Shown here piece after piece: positions 21,139 through 31,239 of a DNA stretch of 64,000 nucleotides (its first letter is position 1; every line of letters starts with the position of its first letter). This stretch comes from a virus (Duplodnaviria; Caudoviricetes), in IMG/VR virus record IMGVR_UViG_3300003316_000307; one strand, given 5' to 3'. The notes below the pieces were generated by a model, which ran no database searches, had not been told where the DNA came from, and saw only the letters and a program-made list of their open reading frames with translations. Made by a program: the position numbers and the translations under genes.

Positions 21139-21513
21139 ATGATAAAATTTTTATTTAAAAAATTAAAAAGATATTTTAAATCACCAAGTCAATTTTTGGT
21201 GAGTCTTGAAAGAGGTGAATATAATAAACCTTATGCTCATTATTTTTATTCATTATTAAATAATGCAAATAAAAAAGTTAATAAAATTAAAGAGAATTCT
21301 GATGTAATTAAAAAACATGAAAAAATAAGAGAAAGAATGTTAGAATTGGCAAATGTTAATAAAACAAAATATAAACAAGATGAATATACTAAGAATTTTT
21401 TTGATCTTTTAGAAAGAAGTGAGAAAATACAGATAAACAATAAAAAGAAAAGTGTTTTTTTAAAAAATCTTGAAAAGAAAATAGATCATATTAAAAATTA
21501 TAAAAAAGAATAA
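21139..21513 (+). CDS. Hypothetical protein sharing a motif with the next gene
   Basis: SLERGEYNKPYAHYFYSLL. Confidence 0.55.
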   Translation: MIKFLFKKLKRYFKSPSQFLVSLERGEYNKPYAHYFYSLLNNANKKVNKIKENSDVIKKHEKIRERMLELANVNKTKYKQDEYTKNFFDLLERSEKIQINNKKKSVFLKNLEKKIDHIKNYKKE

Positions 21514-21516
21514 GTA

Positions 21517-22362
21517 ATGGATAATATTTTTAAACTTATTGAATCACTTCCTGATAATGTTAAAAATTTGATAATATCATCTTTGATTAAGTCATCAATG
21601 GCAATGAAAAATGTCGAAGAAGATATTATTAAAGTTGATCCTAATCAATTGGCAAATAATACTAAGAAGGAATATAGAAAATCAAGTTCTCAACTTTTAG
21701 AAAGTTTAAGAAAAGGTGAATATAATCAGCAATATGTTAGCTATTTTTATGAACTCTTAAAAAGAGCAGACGATATTGTTAATAATTCATCACCAGAACA
21801 ATTAAGATTACTTGCAGAAAAATATGGTATGGGTAATACCAATACTAATCAATTCAAATTTTTACATGAAGATCATTTGAATAAGTATGGTAATAAAGAT
21901 ATGTCTACAATAAAAAATGAAGAAATTAAAAAAAGAGTTACCACAGATGATAATTTTCCAATTGAAAAAATCATAACAAATAAACGTCAAGTTCTTAATA
22001 TGTATGAACATGCTTCAGGTGCTAAAGCCAAATATTCATACAGTATTAAAGTAAAAAGAAAACATGATGTTGAAAATAGAATTGAAGAAATTAGTGAATA
22101 TTTGCATATTAAAGAATTGGTTTCAGAAGGAAACGGAAGAATATTAGAATTTTTCATACCTAAAAAATTTCAACTTGAAAATATTAATCAAAACAGTGTT
22201 TTGTTTTCTGAATTAAAAAACATTGATTACATAATATATACTGATGATTATGGTAGAAAATTTGAATATAGTATTAAAAATTTTTACAAAATAAGTGAAA
22301 ATGGAATGTATGATGTGTTTAAATTTAAAGGAAATAAAATTGAAAATATTATGATTATTTAA
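21517..22362 (+). CDS. Hypothetical protein
   Basis: 281-aa ORF; SLRKGEYNQQYVSYFYELL. Confidence 0.65.
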   Translation: MDNIFKLIESLPDNVKNLIISSLIKSSMAMKNVEEDIIKVDPNQLANNTKKEYRKSSSQLLESLRKGEYNQQYVSYFYELLKRADDIVNNSSPEQLRLLAEKYGMGNTNTNQFKFLHEDHLNKYGNKDMSTIKNEEIKKRVTTDDNFPIEKIITNKRQVLNMYEHASGAKAKYSYSIKVKRKHDVENRIEEISEYLHIKELVSEGNGRILEFFIPKKFQLENINQNSVLFSELKNIDYIIYTDDYGRKFEYSIKNFYKISENGMYDVFKFKGNKIENIMII

Positions 22363-22378
22363 TAATAAATTAAAAATT

Positions 22379-22552
22379 ATGGAAAAAAAATTAGTTGTTA
22401 CATATATTAATGTTAGTGAAATTAAAACAAAAGATATTGAATCATATATGTTTGATATACAAAAAAAATTAACATTAGAAAATACTGATACAATTCAGTG
22501 GTTTATTCCGGTAAAAAAATCAGAAAGTAAAGTTGAAATCTTTAATTTATAA
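22379..22552 (+). CDS. Small protein missed by ORF track (57 aa, MEKKLVVTYINV...VEIFNL)
   Basis: Manually translated ATG..TAA filling the gap, A-rich leader. Confidence 0.6.
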   Translation: MEKKLVVTYINVSEIKTKDIESYMFDIQKKLTLENTDTIQWFIPVKKSESKVEIFNL

Positions 22553-22585
22553 CTTTTTTTTCATGGTTACTTACCTTTTTTTGTT

Positions 22586-22611
22586 CTCAGTCCCGTAAGA
22601 CTGAGTTTTTT
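22586..22611 (+). terminator. Rho-independent terminator
   Basis: CTCAGTC-ccgtaa-GACTGAG then TTTTTT. Confidence 0.8.
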
Positions 22612-22646
22612 GTTTTTAGACTATTTATATAAAAAATTTCTATTTA

Positions 22647-23057
22647 ATGAGCATTAATATCAAGTTCCCAATTGAGGATGATAAAGTTAATAATTTTTTA
22701 TTTAAGGGTACTTTAACAACAAAAGAAGCACTTAAAGCTAATTTATTGCTTTTATTGAATACAAATAAGGGTGAAAGATATTATTTACCTGATTATGGGA
22801 CTAATTTGATGAGGTATTTATTTGAACAAAAAGATAAGGAAACGATAACAGAAATAGAAGAAGATATCAAATTAACAGTAAAAAAATATATACCACAATT
22901 AAGTGTAACAGATGTAATTTTTTATGAATTGACAGATCAGGATGGAAATCAAATGCCTGATAATGAATTAGGTATTGAAGTTAGATTTGTATACAATGAT
23001 AATGTGTTTAGTAGAACTGATCAGGTAACAATAATAGTAAGTGGTAATAATATTTAA
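22647..23057 (+). CDS. Baseplate wedge subunit, T4 gp25/GPW-like
   Basis: NLLLLLNTNKGERYYLPDYGTNL..YLFE. Confidence 0.88.
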   Translation: MSINIKFPIEDDKVNNFLFKGTLTTKEALKANLLLLLNTNKGERYYLPDYGTNLMRYLFEQKDKETITEIEEDIKLTVKKYIPQLSVTDVIFYELTDQDGNQMPDNELGIEVRFVYNDNVFSRTDQVTIIVSGNNI

Positions 23058-23073
23058 TTAAATTTTTTTATAA

Positions 23074-24921
23074 ATGGCAGATAATGTAGTATCATATAAT
23101 AAAAGAACATATTCAGAAATTAGAGAAGATTTAATTCGTTTTGTAAATGATTATTATCCAGAAGTATTAGCAGACTTTACTGATTCAAGTGTTGGTACAA
23201 TGCTTTTAGATTTAAATGCTGCAGTAGGAAATAACTTATCAGTAAATACTGATCGCGCTTTTCAAGAAACTCAAATAGAAAATGCGCAACAACGTTCATC
23301 TATTCTTAATATTGCAAAAAATTTAGGTTTAAATATTCCGGGAAAAAGAGCATCATTAACTGTTGTTGATTTTGCTGTTACTGTTCCAGTTAAAGGTGAC
23401 AAACCAGATGATACTTATTATCCAATACTTTCTCCGGGTGCTCAAGTAGTTGGTGGTGGTAAAATTTTTGAAACTATTGATACAATTGATTGGAATTCTG
23501 GAATTGGAACTTTGGGAAATAAAAATAGATTTTTTGTTCCTAATTTAGATGCAAATGGTGTTATTATTAGTTATACTGTTACCAAAAGAGAAATAGTTAC
23601 AAATGGTAGAACTAATGTGTATAAAAGAGTTATTACAACTGATGAGGCAATTCCATTTTATGAATTAATATTACCAGATACTGATGTGGTTTCAATTGAA
23701 AGTGTTATTGCTTTGACTGGAACCAGTTTTTCAGGAACTCCACCTGATGCAGAATTTAATAATATTAATAATAAATATTTTGAAGTAGATTGGCTTGCAC
23801 AACAAAGAGTTTTTGTTGAAGATTCTAATGCTAATAGTCAAGCTGCAGGTAATGGTAATTTAAAAGCAGGAATATGGATTAATGTTACTAAAAAATTTAT
23901 AAAAGAATTTACACCAAATAATTTTTGCAAATTAACATTTGGATCAGGAAGTGGAGAAGTTGATGCATTTAAAAATGGTTTAATAAAAGGTGGAATTAAT
24001 AATGATTTCTTTTTAAATAATTATATTTCTAATACATCATTAGGTGAAAGATTAAAAGTTGATTATACCTTATTTGTTAAATATAGAACTGGTGGTGGGA
24101 TTAGTTCAAATATTGGTGCTAATGTTTTAACCGATTTAGGAAATTTTACATTAGCAGTAAATGGTGCTCGTCAAGATTTTAATAGTGCAGTAAGAAGAAG
24201 TTTAAAAGTAAATAATCCAATACCAGCATTTGGTGGAAATGATGGTTTATCGGTTGAACAAGTAAGAAATTTATCAAAATATAATTTTGCATCACAGTTT
24301 AGATGTGTAACATTAAATGATTACTTACTCCAAGTGAATAAAATTCCGGGTAAATTTGGATCGCCATTCAGATCAAATGCATTTAAAGAAAATAATAAAA
24401 TAGTTATTGCAATGCTTGCCATAGATTCAAATGGAAATTTGGATAATCAAAGTACTAGTGTTTTAAAAAATAATATAACAGAATATTTATCAGAATATAG
24501 AATGGTAAATGATTATGTTGAAGTTAGAGATGGTAAAATATTTAATTTAGCATTTGATTTTGATATATATATTGAAAACTCAAGTGATAATCAAATAGCT
24601 AATACTATTATTAGAACTGTAGCAAATTATTTTGATATTAATAAGAATGGAATGAATCAAGATGTTTTTTTAGCACCACTTTATAATACATTAAATGATA
24701 TTCCGGGTGTTATTAATATTATAAGTGCAAAAGTTTATAATATGGTAGGAAATGGTTATTCATTAAATGAAATTGAACAAGAATATGTTGATTCAACAAC
24801 ACGTGAAATTAAAATAATAAATAATACAATTTATTCTGTTGAAGATTCTATGTTTGAAATTTTAAATCCATCTAAGGATATTAGATTATTTTTAAGAAAA
24901 AAAGCTAATTTATTTAATTAA
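23074..24921 (+). CDS. Baseplate wedge subunit, T4 gp6/baseplate J-like
   Basis: AQQRSSILNIAKNLG, YRTGGGISSN, AFGG.D, FASQFRCVTLNDY; follows gp25-like gene. Confidence 0.85.
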   Translation: MADNVVSYNKRTYSEIREDLIRFVNDYYPEVLADFTDSSVGTMLLDLNAAVGNNLSVNTDRAFQETQIENAQQRSSILNIAKNLGLNIPGKRASLTVVDFAVTVPVKGDKPDDTYYPILSPGAQVVGGGKIFETIDTIDWNSGIGTLGNKNRFFVPNLDANGVIISYTVTKREIVTNGRTNVYKRVITTDEAIPFYELILPDTDVVSIESVIALTGTSFSGTPPDAEFNNINNKYFEVDWLAQQRVFVEDSNANSQAAGNGNLKAGIWINVTKKFIKEFTPNNFCKLTFGSGSGEVDAFKNGLIKGGINNDFFLNNYISNTSLGERLKVDYTLFVKYRTGGGISSNIGANVLTDLGNFTLAVNGARQDFNSAVRRSLKVNNPIPAFGGNDGLSVEQVRNLSKYNFASQFRCVTLNDYLLQVNKIPGKFGSPFRSNAFKENNKIVIAMLAIDSNGNLDNQSTSVLKNNITEYLSEYRMVNDYVEVRDGKIFNLAFDFDIYIENSSDNQIANTIIRTVANYFDINKNGMNQDVFLAPLYNTLNDIPGVINIISAKVYNMVGNGYSLNEIEQEYVDSTTREIKIINNTIYSVEDSMFEILNPSKDIRLFLRKKANLFN

Positions 24922-25520
24922 TGGAAAAATATATCTTTAAATATATTTCAGGAAATAGCTACAATATTAAAATTTTATTAACTGAAAATTTTAAAGATTT
25001 AGGGTATTTTGATCCTATTGATGATCCTTTATCAAATGTTAATATTAATCCTTATTATTCTGGATCAAGTATTGTAACTGGTACATCTAGAAATTTATTA
25101 GAAAATTTAAGAACTTATTCAACTAGTAATGATTTATCAAAACGTTATATTACATCAACTTCTCCAGCCTTTAATGGATTGGATTTATCATTGACAATTA
25201 GTGCTACAACGTTTCAAAAATATGTTTATTATATTAATGGATTAACATATATAACATTTATAAGCGGAAATACTAGCAACACGATTTATAGTTATATAAC
25301 AACTGGTGATAATAATTCTGAATTATTTTTAAGATTACCAGTAATTAAGGATGAAAAAAAATTAAATCAGATCACAAGTCCATCAGTTAATTCTGAAATT
25401 TTTATTGAAAGACAAATAAAATCAGTATTCGAAAACAATTATCGTTTATCTGATATTGATAGTTTAACCCATCTTTTAAGTTATGGAGGTGGTTATTATA
25501 ATATTATAAAAAATACATAA
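24921..25520 (+). CDS. Putative baseplate/structural protein
   Basis: Coupled to gp6-like gene within the structural operon. Confidence 0.5.
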   Translation: MEKYIFKYISGNSYNIKILLTENFKDLGYFDPIDDPLSNVNINPYYSGSSIVTGTSRNLLENLRTYSTSNDLSKRYITSTSPAFNGLDLSLTISATTFQKYVYYINGLTYITFISGNTSNTIYSYITTGDNNSELFLRLPVIKDEKKLNQITSPSVNSEIFIERQIKSVFENNYRLSDIDSLTHLLSYGGGYYNIIKNT

Positions 25521-25527
25521 AAAAAAT

Positions 25528-26427
25528 ATGAGTATCGGAGCTTATGGTATTGTCAGGTCATCAGATGTAACAACACAAGATATTGATGTATTTTACACTT
25601 ATTCTCCTAATAGAGAAACATTATCAGCTACAGTTAACAGACTTGATGCTGCAAGTGTATTAACCGAATTAAAAATTCCAGATGGAGAACAAATAACTAA
25701 TCAAGAAAATTTACTTGAAGGATTATTTAATTTTAAATTACCTGCAGATACGTTTAATAGTATTGGAATATATAATATATATATTAAACCAAAAGCAATT
25801 AGAACAACAATAGTTGATTGTGGAGTTCTTGCAGCACTTCCAAATATTAAAGGAATTTTATTAGATGCAACAGATTTAGATGATAGATTAACTGGTGTAA
25901 ATGGATTACAAGGTTATAGAATTGAATATTTAAATGAAGATGGTAATAAAATAAGAAATACATATAGAATTGTAACAACATCTAATAGAGCAGTACCAGT
26001 AACAGATAATATTGGAAATACTAGTCAAAATGCTACAAGATATAGATTTGATGATAGTGGAAGCCTTATATTTCTTCAAGTTACACCTAGTAGCTCATCA
26101 AATGTTAAACCTAATGTGATTCCATTTATTGGAACACCAAGTCAAGAAATTATTATATCTAATACATTTTTTAATCCAGTAACATTTGAAGTTGAATTAG
26201 TAGAAAATACTATTGATACGGTTATTGATTATGTGGCAGGTGAACAACTTAAGGACGTTGATAATGGTATTATTACTTATTATGATAAGGATAGAAATAT
26301 AATAAAACAATTTAATGTTTTTCAAATTAATAGTGATTTAAAAACACCGTTATATGAGGTTAAAGAAGAAAGAACAAATATTGATCAATCACAAGATTTA
26401 AATAATGTTATAGATTCTTTGGGCTAA
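25528..26427 (+). CDS. Putative baseplate/structural protein
   Basis: 299-aa beta-rich ORF in baseplate module. Confidence 0.5.
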   Translation: MSIGAYGIVRSSDVTTQDIDVFYTYSPNRETLSATVNRLDAASVLTELKIPDGEQITNQENLLEGLFNFKLPADTFNSIGIYNIYIKPKAIRTTIVDCGVLAALPNIKGILLDATDLDDRLTGVNGLQGYRIEYLNEDGNKIRNTYRIVTTSNRAVPVTDNIGNTSQNATRYRFDDSGSLIFLQVTPSSSSNVKPNVIPFIGTPSQEIIISNTFFNPVTFEVELVENTIDTVIDYVAGEQLKDVDNGIITYYDKDRNIIKQFNVFQINSDLKTPLYEVKEERTNIDQSQDLNNVIDSLG

Positions 26428-26460
26428 TTTTAAGTGTATTTATAATAAAATTCTAAAAAA

Positions 26461-29400
26461 TTGGCAAATATTAAGGTAATAAATAATCAACAAAGTGGTG
26501 ACCTAATAGGTGCTAACTTTACTAATGATACTTCTGAAACTGTTTTTAGTTTGGGTGATTTTGGTATTAGTACTAATCAACAAATTAGAAAAATAAGAAA
26601 TTATAATAATGAATTAAGCGGATTTGTTAAACCAATAACACTTGAAACATTAGAAATAACAGAATCTGAATCTGCTCAAATTTATAATTTTACAAATAAA
26701 CTTGAATTAAATCTTGATAAATCAGATTTATTAATTTATGCCAGATATGGTTCATTAAAAGAACTTTTCAGAGTATCAATTAATAATATAATATTGAAAT
26801 ATCCTGCCAGTTTATATTGTAATACTATACAATCAAATACATTTACTTTAGTTAATTATGATTTTAATGAATTAACTAATATTTCTACCTTTCAAATTCC
26901 ATTAGTATCTATTGATAATAGATTTGGATTAATAATTAGAAATGGTAATCAAGAAATATTGGATGAGAATCCATTATCTAATTTAAATTTATCATATCAA
27001 CAATATGTTGTATGGAGAGAAGATAATTTTAGTGGAAATAGTTTTAATTTAATTGCTTTTACTGGTCAAACAAATAATGATCCATTTTTATATATTAAAG
27101 CTAATGGAAATCCATTTCCAGAACTTACTGGAATAACTAATAATACTAGAATTAATTATCACATTAAACCTGCCCCAATAAACTATAATAAATTTTATAA
27201 AAATCTTAATCCTGTTGAAAAATTTTTATTGGAAAAAAGAATTGATGAAGTTGGATATTTAATTAAGCTGAAAGCTGTTTATAAAACAGATAATGGTACA
27301 TTAACATATTTTGATAATGAATTAACATGGAGAACAAGTGATGGCTATAATATAGATACAAACAATTCAATTTTTACGCAATTTGTTGAAAATTTAACAA
27401 ATATTGGGGATGAATATGATAGAATTAAATCAGATTTGATTTTTAGATTTTTAACTCCATCTTCTATCAAAGATTATGATATGACAGATGATAAAAAAAT
27501 TGAAAAACTTTTAAGAATTTATGGAAGAGAATTTGATGAAATAAAAAAATATATTGATGCAATAACATATGTATATACTACAACATATAATAAAAAGAAA
27601 AATATACCAGATATTTTAGTTAAAAATTATGCTAAAACTTTAGGTTGGGATGTTTTTACATTAGTTGATGATGATAATTTAGTTGAATCATTTTTTTCAA
27701 CGACAGATTTGTCAACAAATACAATGATGTTGCCTGCCGAAATTGATATTGAATTATGGAGAAGAATAATTATTAATACAAATTATTTTTTTAAAAGTAA
27801 AGGTACAAGAGCATCATTTAAATCAATGTTATTATTACTTGGTATACCTGAACCATTTATAAATATAACAGAATATGTTTATACTGTAAATGAAAAAATA
27901 ATTCCAGATAATGTTACATTAACACTTGAAGATTTACCATCTAAAACACTTCCATATAATAATGATGGTTATCCTGTTGCTCCGCAAGAACAAAACTCAT
28001 TCTTTTTTCAAATAAGTGGTGATACTGATTCTGGACAAGCATATATTAATAATTATAGAAATGTTGGTTTTAATGTTAATAGAACTATTGATAATAAAAA
28101 ATCATGGACTAAAGAAGGTTTTATAACAAGAAAACACTACACAACACCTGATTATATTCAATATGATAGTAATTTATTAATTAATACAAAAGAAATAGAT
28201 GTTACTCTAGATACATCTAGAGGTGTTGAATATGATGTATATACATATAACTATGAACAAAATTATCCAATATATTCAACTGGAATAACACAAGCATATG
28301 TATATATTAATATAGCATCTAATTTTGGGATTTCTGCTAATACATTTACAATTCCTGAAGTTCCTTGGGGTGAAATACAATTAAACTTTAATGGTATCCA
28401 ATTAAAGAAAGGTAATATTGGACAAGATGATTATTATTTAAGTAGTCCAACTACAGTAACATTAAATAGTGGTGTTGCACAAACATATAGTAATGGTGAA
28501 AAAGATATAATTACATTAACTTATATGACAGATAGACTTGGTGAGTTTACTAGCAGTAATATAAGTTATATGATAACACCAGTTACACCAACACCTAATG
28601 GAACTAAAATAATACTTCCAGCAGAGCCAAATGGTGACATACAGTTAACAGTGAATGGTATAACACTAACTAAAAGTACAAGTTTATTTAGTGGAGATTA
28701 TATTATTAATTCTCTTAATAGAAAAGAAATTTTAATAACAAATACTGCCCTACAATCACATATTTCTGGAGGAACTCAAGTAGTTTCAGTTAGTTATTTT
28801 ACTGGCTCAACTACAAATGCTAATTTGTATAAAGAAACTGAAGTATATAGAGTTGATTCACTTTTTACTTCCAAACTTTTTTATAATACATTACTTCAAA
28901 AAACAATATATACTTTAAATTATACTGCCTTTGATGTTGATTCAATCAAAGTTGTTTTAAATGGTATTACATTACAAAATGGAACGGATTTTATTTTAAA
29001 TTCTTCAAATAAAAATCAAGTTATATTAAATGGTCAAATTAAAATAGGTGATTTAATCACTGTCTATTATGTATTGAATAATGAGGCAGTTATTAAGGAT
29101 AAATCTATTATTACAACAATTCCTGTTTCTAAAATGACATTTTTAGAATATTTAGAATTCGTAAATAAAAGATTAATAAATGCTAAAACAAGAAAAATTG
29201 TAACTGATAATGAAGGTGGATTTTATCCAACAATTTGGAAATTATATGATGATTATTTTAGAAGAAGTTTTTTAAATAATCACTTAGCTAGTAATGGTTA
29301 TACTTTTGCCAATTTATTTCCATTTACAAATAAATTCAATACTGCCTTTCAAAAATTTTTAACACAATTATTGCCAGCAACAATAATTTTAAGAAATAGT

Positions 29401-30561
29401 GGATTTTTAATTAGAAATGCTATTTTTAATAAACAAAAATTTACATATAAAAGAGGTTTGAATTTTAATTCGAATTTAAATTGGTTTGGTGATGATGGAA
29501 GTGAATTTAGAACATTTATTTCAGAACCTCTTATCACAAATAATTGGAGTGGCTCTACTTGTGTTCAAGAGTTAGCTTGTTCATTGGTTGTTGATAATAT
29601 TAAAATTATTAGTGAATATAATCCTCCAGCAGCAACTACCACTACTACAACAACCACGACTACTACGACTACAACAACATTACCTCCAGTTCAGATTTCA
29701 TTGAGCAGTTTTCCAACTGCATCTAATGGAACAACAAATGTAATATTTAATCCATCATTTACTGAAGCATATAGTATAACATTTAAAACTATTTTAAATG
29801 TTATTGGAAGTAATGTTGGTAATAATGCAAGTATTAACTTTTTTGTTAATACACCTACAAGTGGAACACCAACAGATTTCGTTAATCAAAATGGAGCTGG
29901 TTCCAAATCTGTAAATAAAACATTTAATGTTCCACCTAATGGTTATTTAATAATAACTCTTACTACTAATACTATAACCACAACAACAAATACTTCTGCT
30001 AGTGCCTCTGTTACAATTACTTCAGCAACTTCTGCCAATGCAAATATCACAATTGATAACTCTGCTAATGTTAGATTAGTATCATCATTTAGTACTGGAA
30101 CTGGAAGTGGTGGCGGTGGAGGAAGTTGTTTAGTTAAAGGAGAAAAAATCTATATTACTAAAAATCAAGTTAAAAATGTTGAAAATATTAAGGTTGGTGA
30201 TTTAGTATGGACAAAACATGAAACAAAAGATGAATATGATTTTTATAAAGTCATAAGTGCTAGTCCAGAAAATGTTTCTTCTTGGTATGAAATAGTTACT
30301 GAAAATAATAATTTAATAAAGTGTTCTGACACTCATTTACTTATGACTAAAAATGGTAAAACCAAAGTTACTGATCTTCATATTGGTTCTAAAATATTGG
30401 TTTTTAATAGATTTTTTGATGAAATGACTGAAGAATCAATTATATATCATTCACTAATAAATGAAAAAAATGTGGTTTATAAAATTGAGGTAGAAGATGC
30501 ACATACATATATAAGTGAAAATAATGTATTCCATCATAATCGTAAAATAGAACAAACATAA
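26461..30561 (+). CDS. Large baseplate wedge/tail protein with poly-Thr linker and C-terminal Hint domain
   Basis: YFFKSKGT..S...LL..LG motif (gp7/tail protein I-like), repeated QL.FNGI.L..G.DY units, T15 tract, terminal Hint; TTG start after late motif. Confidence 0.7.
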   Translation: MANIKVINNQQSGDLIGANFTNDTSETVFSLGDFGISTNQQIRKIRNYNNELSGFVKPITLETLEITESESAQIYNFTNKLELNLDKSDLLIYARYGSLKELFRVSINNIILKYPASLYCNTIQSNTFTLVNYDFNELTNISTFQIPLVSIDNRFGLIIRNGNQEILDENPLSNLNLSYQQYVVWREDNFSGNSFNLIAFTGQTNNDPFLYIKANGNPFPELTGITNNTRINYHIKPAPINYNKFYKNLNPVEKFLLEKRIDEVGYLIKLKAVYKTDNGTLTYFDNELTWRTSDGYNIDTNNSIFTQFVENLTNIGDEYDRIKSDLIFRFLTPSSIKDYDMTDDKKIEKLLRIYGREFDEIKKYIDAITYVYTTTYNKKKNIPDILVKNYAKTLGWDVFTLVDDDNLVESFFSTTDLSTNTMMLPAEIDIELWRRIIINTNYFFKSKGTRASFKSMLLLLGIPEPFINITEYVYTVNEKIIPDNVTLTLEDLPSKTLPYNNDGYPVAPQEQNSFFFQISGDTDSGQAYINNYRNVGFNVNRTIDNKKSWTKEGFITRKHYTTPDYIQYDSNLLINTKEIDVTLDTSRGVEYDVYTYNYEQNYPIYSTGITQAYVYINIASNFGISANTFTIPEVPWGEIQLNFNGIQLKKGNIGQDDYYLSSPTTVTLNSGVAQTYSNGEKDIITLTYMTDRLGEFTSSNISYMITPVTPTPNGTKIILPAEPNGDIQLTVNGITLTKSTSLFSGDYIINSLNRKEILITNTALQSHISGGTQVVSVSYFTGSTTNANLYKETEVYRVDSLFTSKLFYNTLLQKTIYTLNYTAFDVDSIKVVLNGITLQNGTDFILNSSNKNQVILNGQIKIGDLITVYYVLNNEAVIKDKSIITTIPVSKMTFLEYLEFVNKRLINAKTRKIVTDNEGGFYPTIWKLYDDYFRRSFLNNHLASNGYTFANLFPFTNKFNTAFQKFLTQLLPATIILRNSGFLIRNAIFNKQKFTYKRGLNFNSNLNWFGDDGSEFRTFISEPLITNNWSGSTCVQELACSLVVDNIKIISEYNPPAATTTTTTTTTTTTTTTLPPVQISLSSFPTASNGTTNVIFNPSFTEAYSITFKTILNVIGSNVGNNASINFFVNTPTSGTPTDFVNQNGAGSKSVNKTFNVPPNGYLIITLTTNTITTTTNTSASASVTITSATSANANITIDNSANVRLVSSFSTGTGSGGGGGSCLVKGEKIYITKNQVKNVENIKVGDLVWTKHETKDEYDFYKVISASPENVSSWYEIVTENNNLIKCSDTHLLMTKNGKTKVTDLHIGSKILVFNRFFDEMTEESIIYHSLINEKNVVYKIEVEDAHTYISENNVFHHNRKIEQT
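29635..29679 (+). repeat. Poly-Thr tract (15 codons)
   Basis: ACN codons, all four used. Confidence 0.9.
30127..30540 (+). other. Hint (intein-like/BIL) domain, no endonuclease
   Basis: Begins CLVKGEKI...VENIKVGDLV, block B CSDTHLL, block F/G VYKIEVEDAHTYISENNVFHHN; +1 residue is Arg. Confidence 0.88.
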
Positions 30562-31217
30562 TGAAAGTAAAATATACTATAGAATCAGGAATAGCACCAT
30601 TTAATGTAATATTAAGTGGATCAAGTGGATCATATAATAATACACATAATAGTATTGGTGATTTTTATTTTTTAAATGTTATTAACGGAATATATAATTT
30701 GAAAGTAATTGATTCATTATCCTGTATTGTTATGAATACAAATTTAAATATTGATAATTCTTTGTTTATTATTAATGCAAATACATATGGAACAAATATT
30801 GATACTCAAAATGATTATTCTGGAAATACTGTATTTGTAAAAGAAAATAATTATACCATTGATAGTTTACCATTAGTTGCTGATGCTGCAATAATGTCAT
30901 ATGATATTAATTATAGTTTAAATACTAGTGTTGATAATGGTAATACATCATTAGTAAGCATAATAATATATAAAAATGGAATACAAATAAATAATGATAA
31001 TGTAATAAATTCAAATAGTAATAATTTATTTACAATTTCAATAGTTAATACTGATATAATCAGAGTTAAATTATATGCAAACACAACTAAAATAGGTGGA
31101 ACAGGAACTGCAATAGGAACAATAAATATCTCATTATCTAATTTTAAAATTAATGGAAATTTATATAGTTCTGTTGATTTAAGTGGTGCTTCTAAATCAT
31201 TAATATTAAATTCATAA
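30561..31217 (+). CDS. Putative structural protein (Ig/SprB-like N-terminus)
   Basis: GIAPF...G.YNLKVIDSLSC pattern; Asn-rich. Confidence 0.45.
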   Translation: MKVKYTIESGIAPFNVILSGSSGSYNNTHNSIGDFYFLNVINGIYNLKVIDSLSCIVMNTNLNIDNSLFIINANTYGTNIDTQNDYSGNTVFVKENNYTIDSLPLVADAAIMSYDINYSLNTSVDNGNTSLVSIIIYKNGIQINNDNVINSNSNNLFTISIVNTDIIRVKLYANTTKIGGTGTAIGTINISLSNFKINGNLYSSVDLSGASKSLILNS

Positions 31218-31239
31218 CGTTTGTATTTATTAATAAAAC

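Noticed and set aside
30127-30540. Canonical mobile intein
   Set aside because: +1 residue is Arg, C-extein is 6 aa and there is no endonuclease; treated as a BIL/Hint autoprocessing domain
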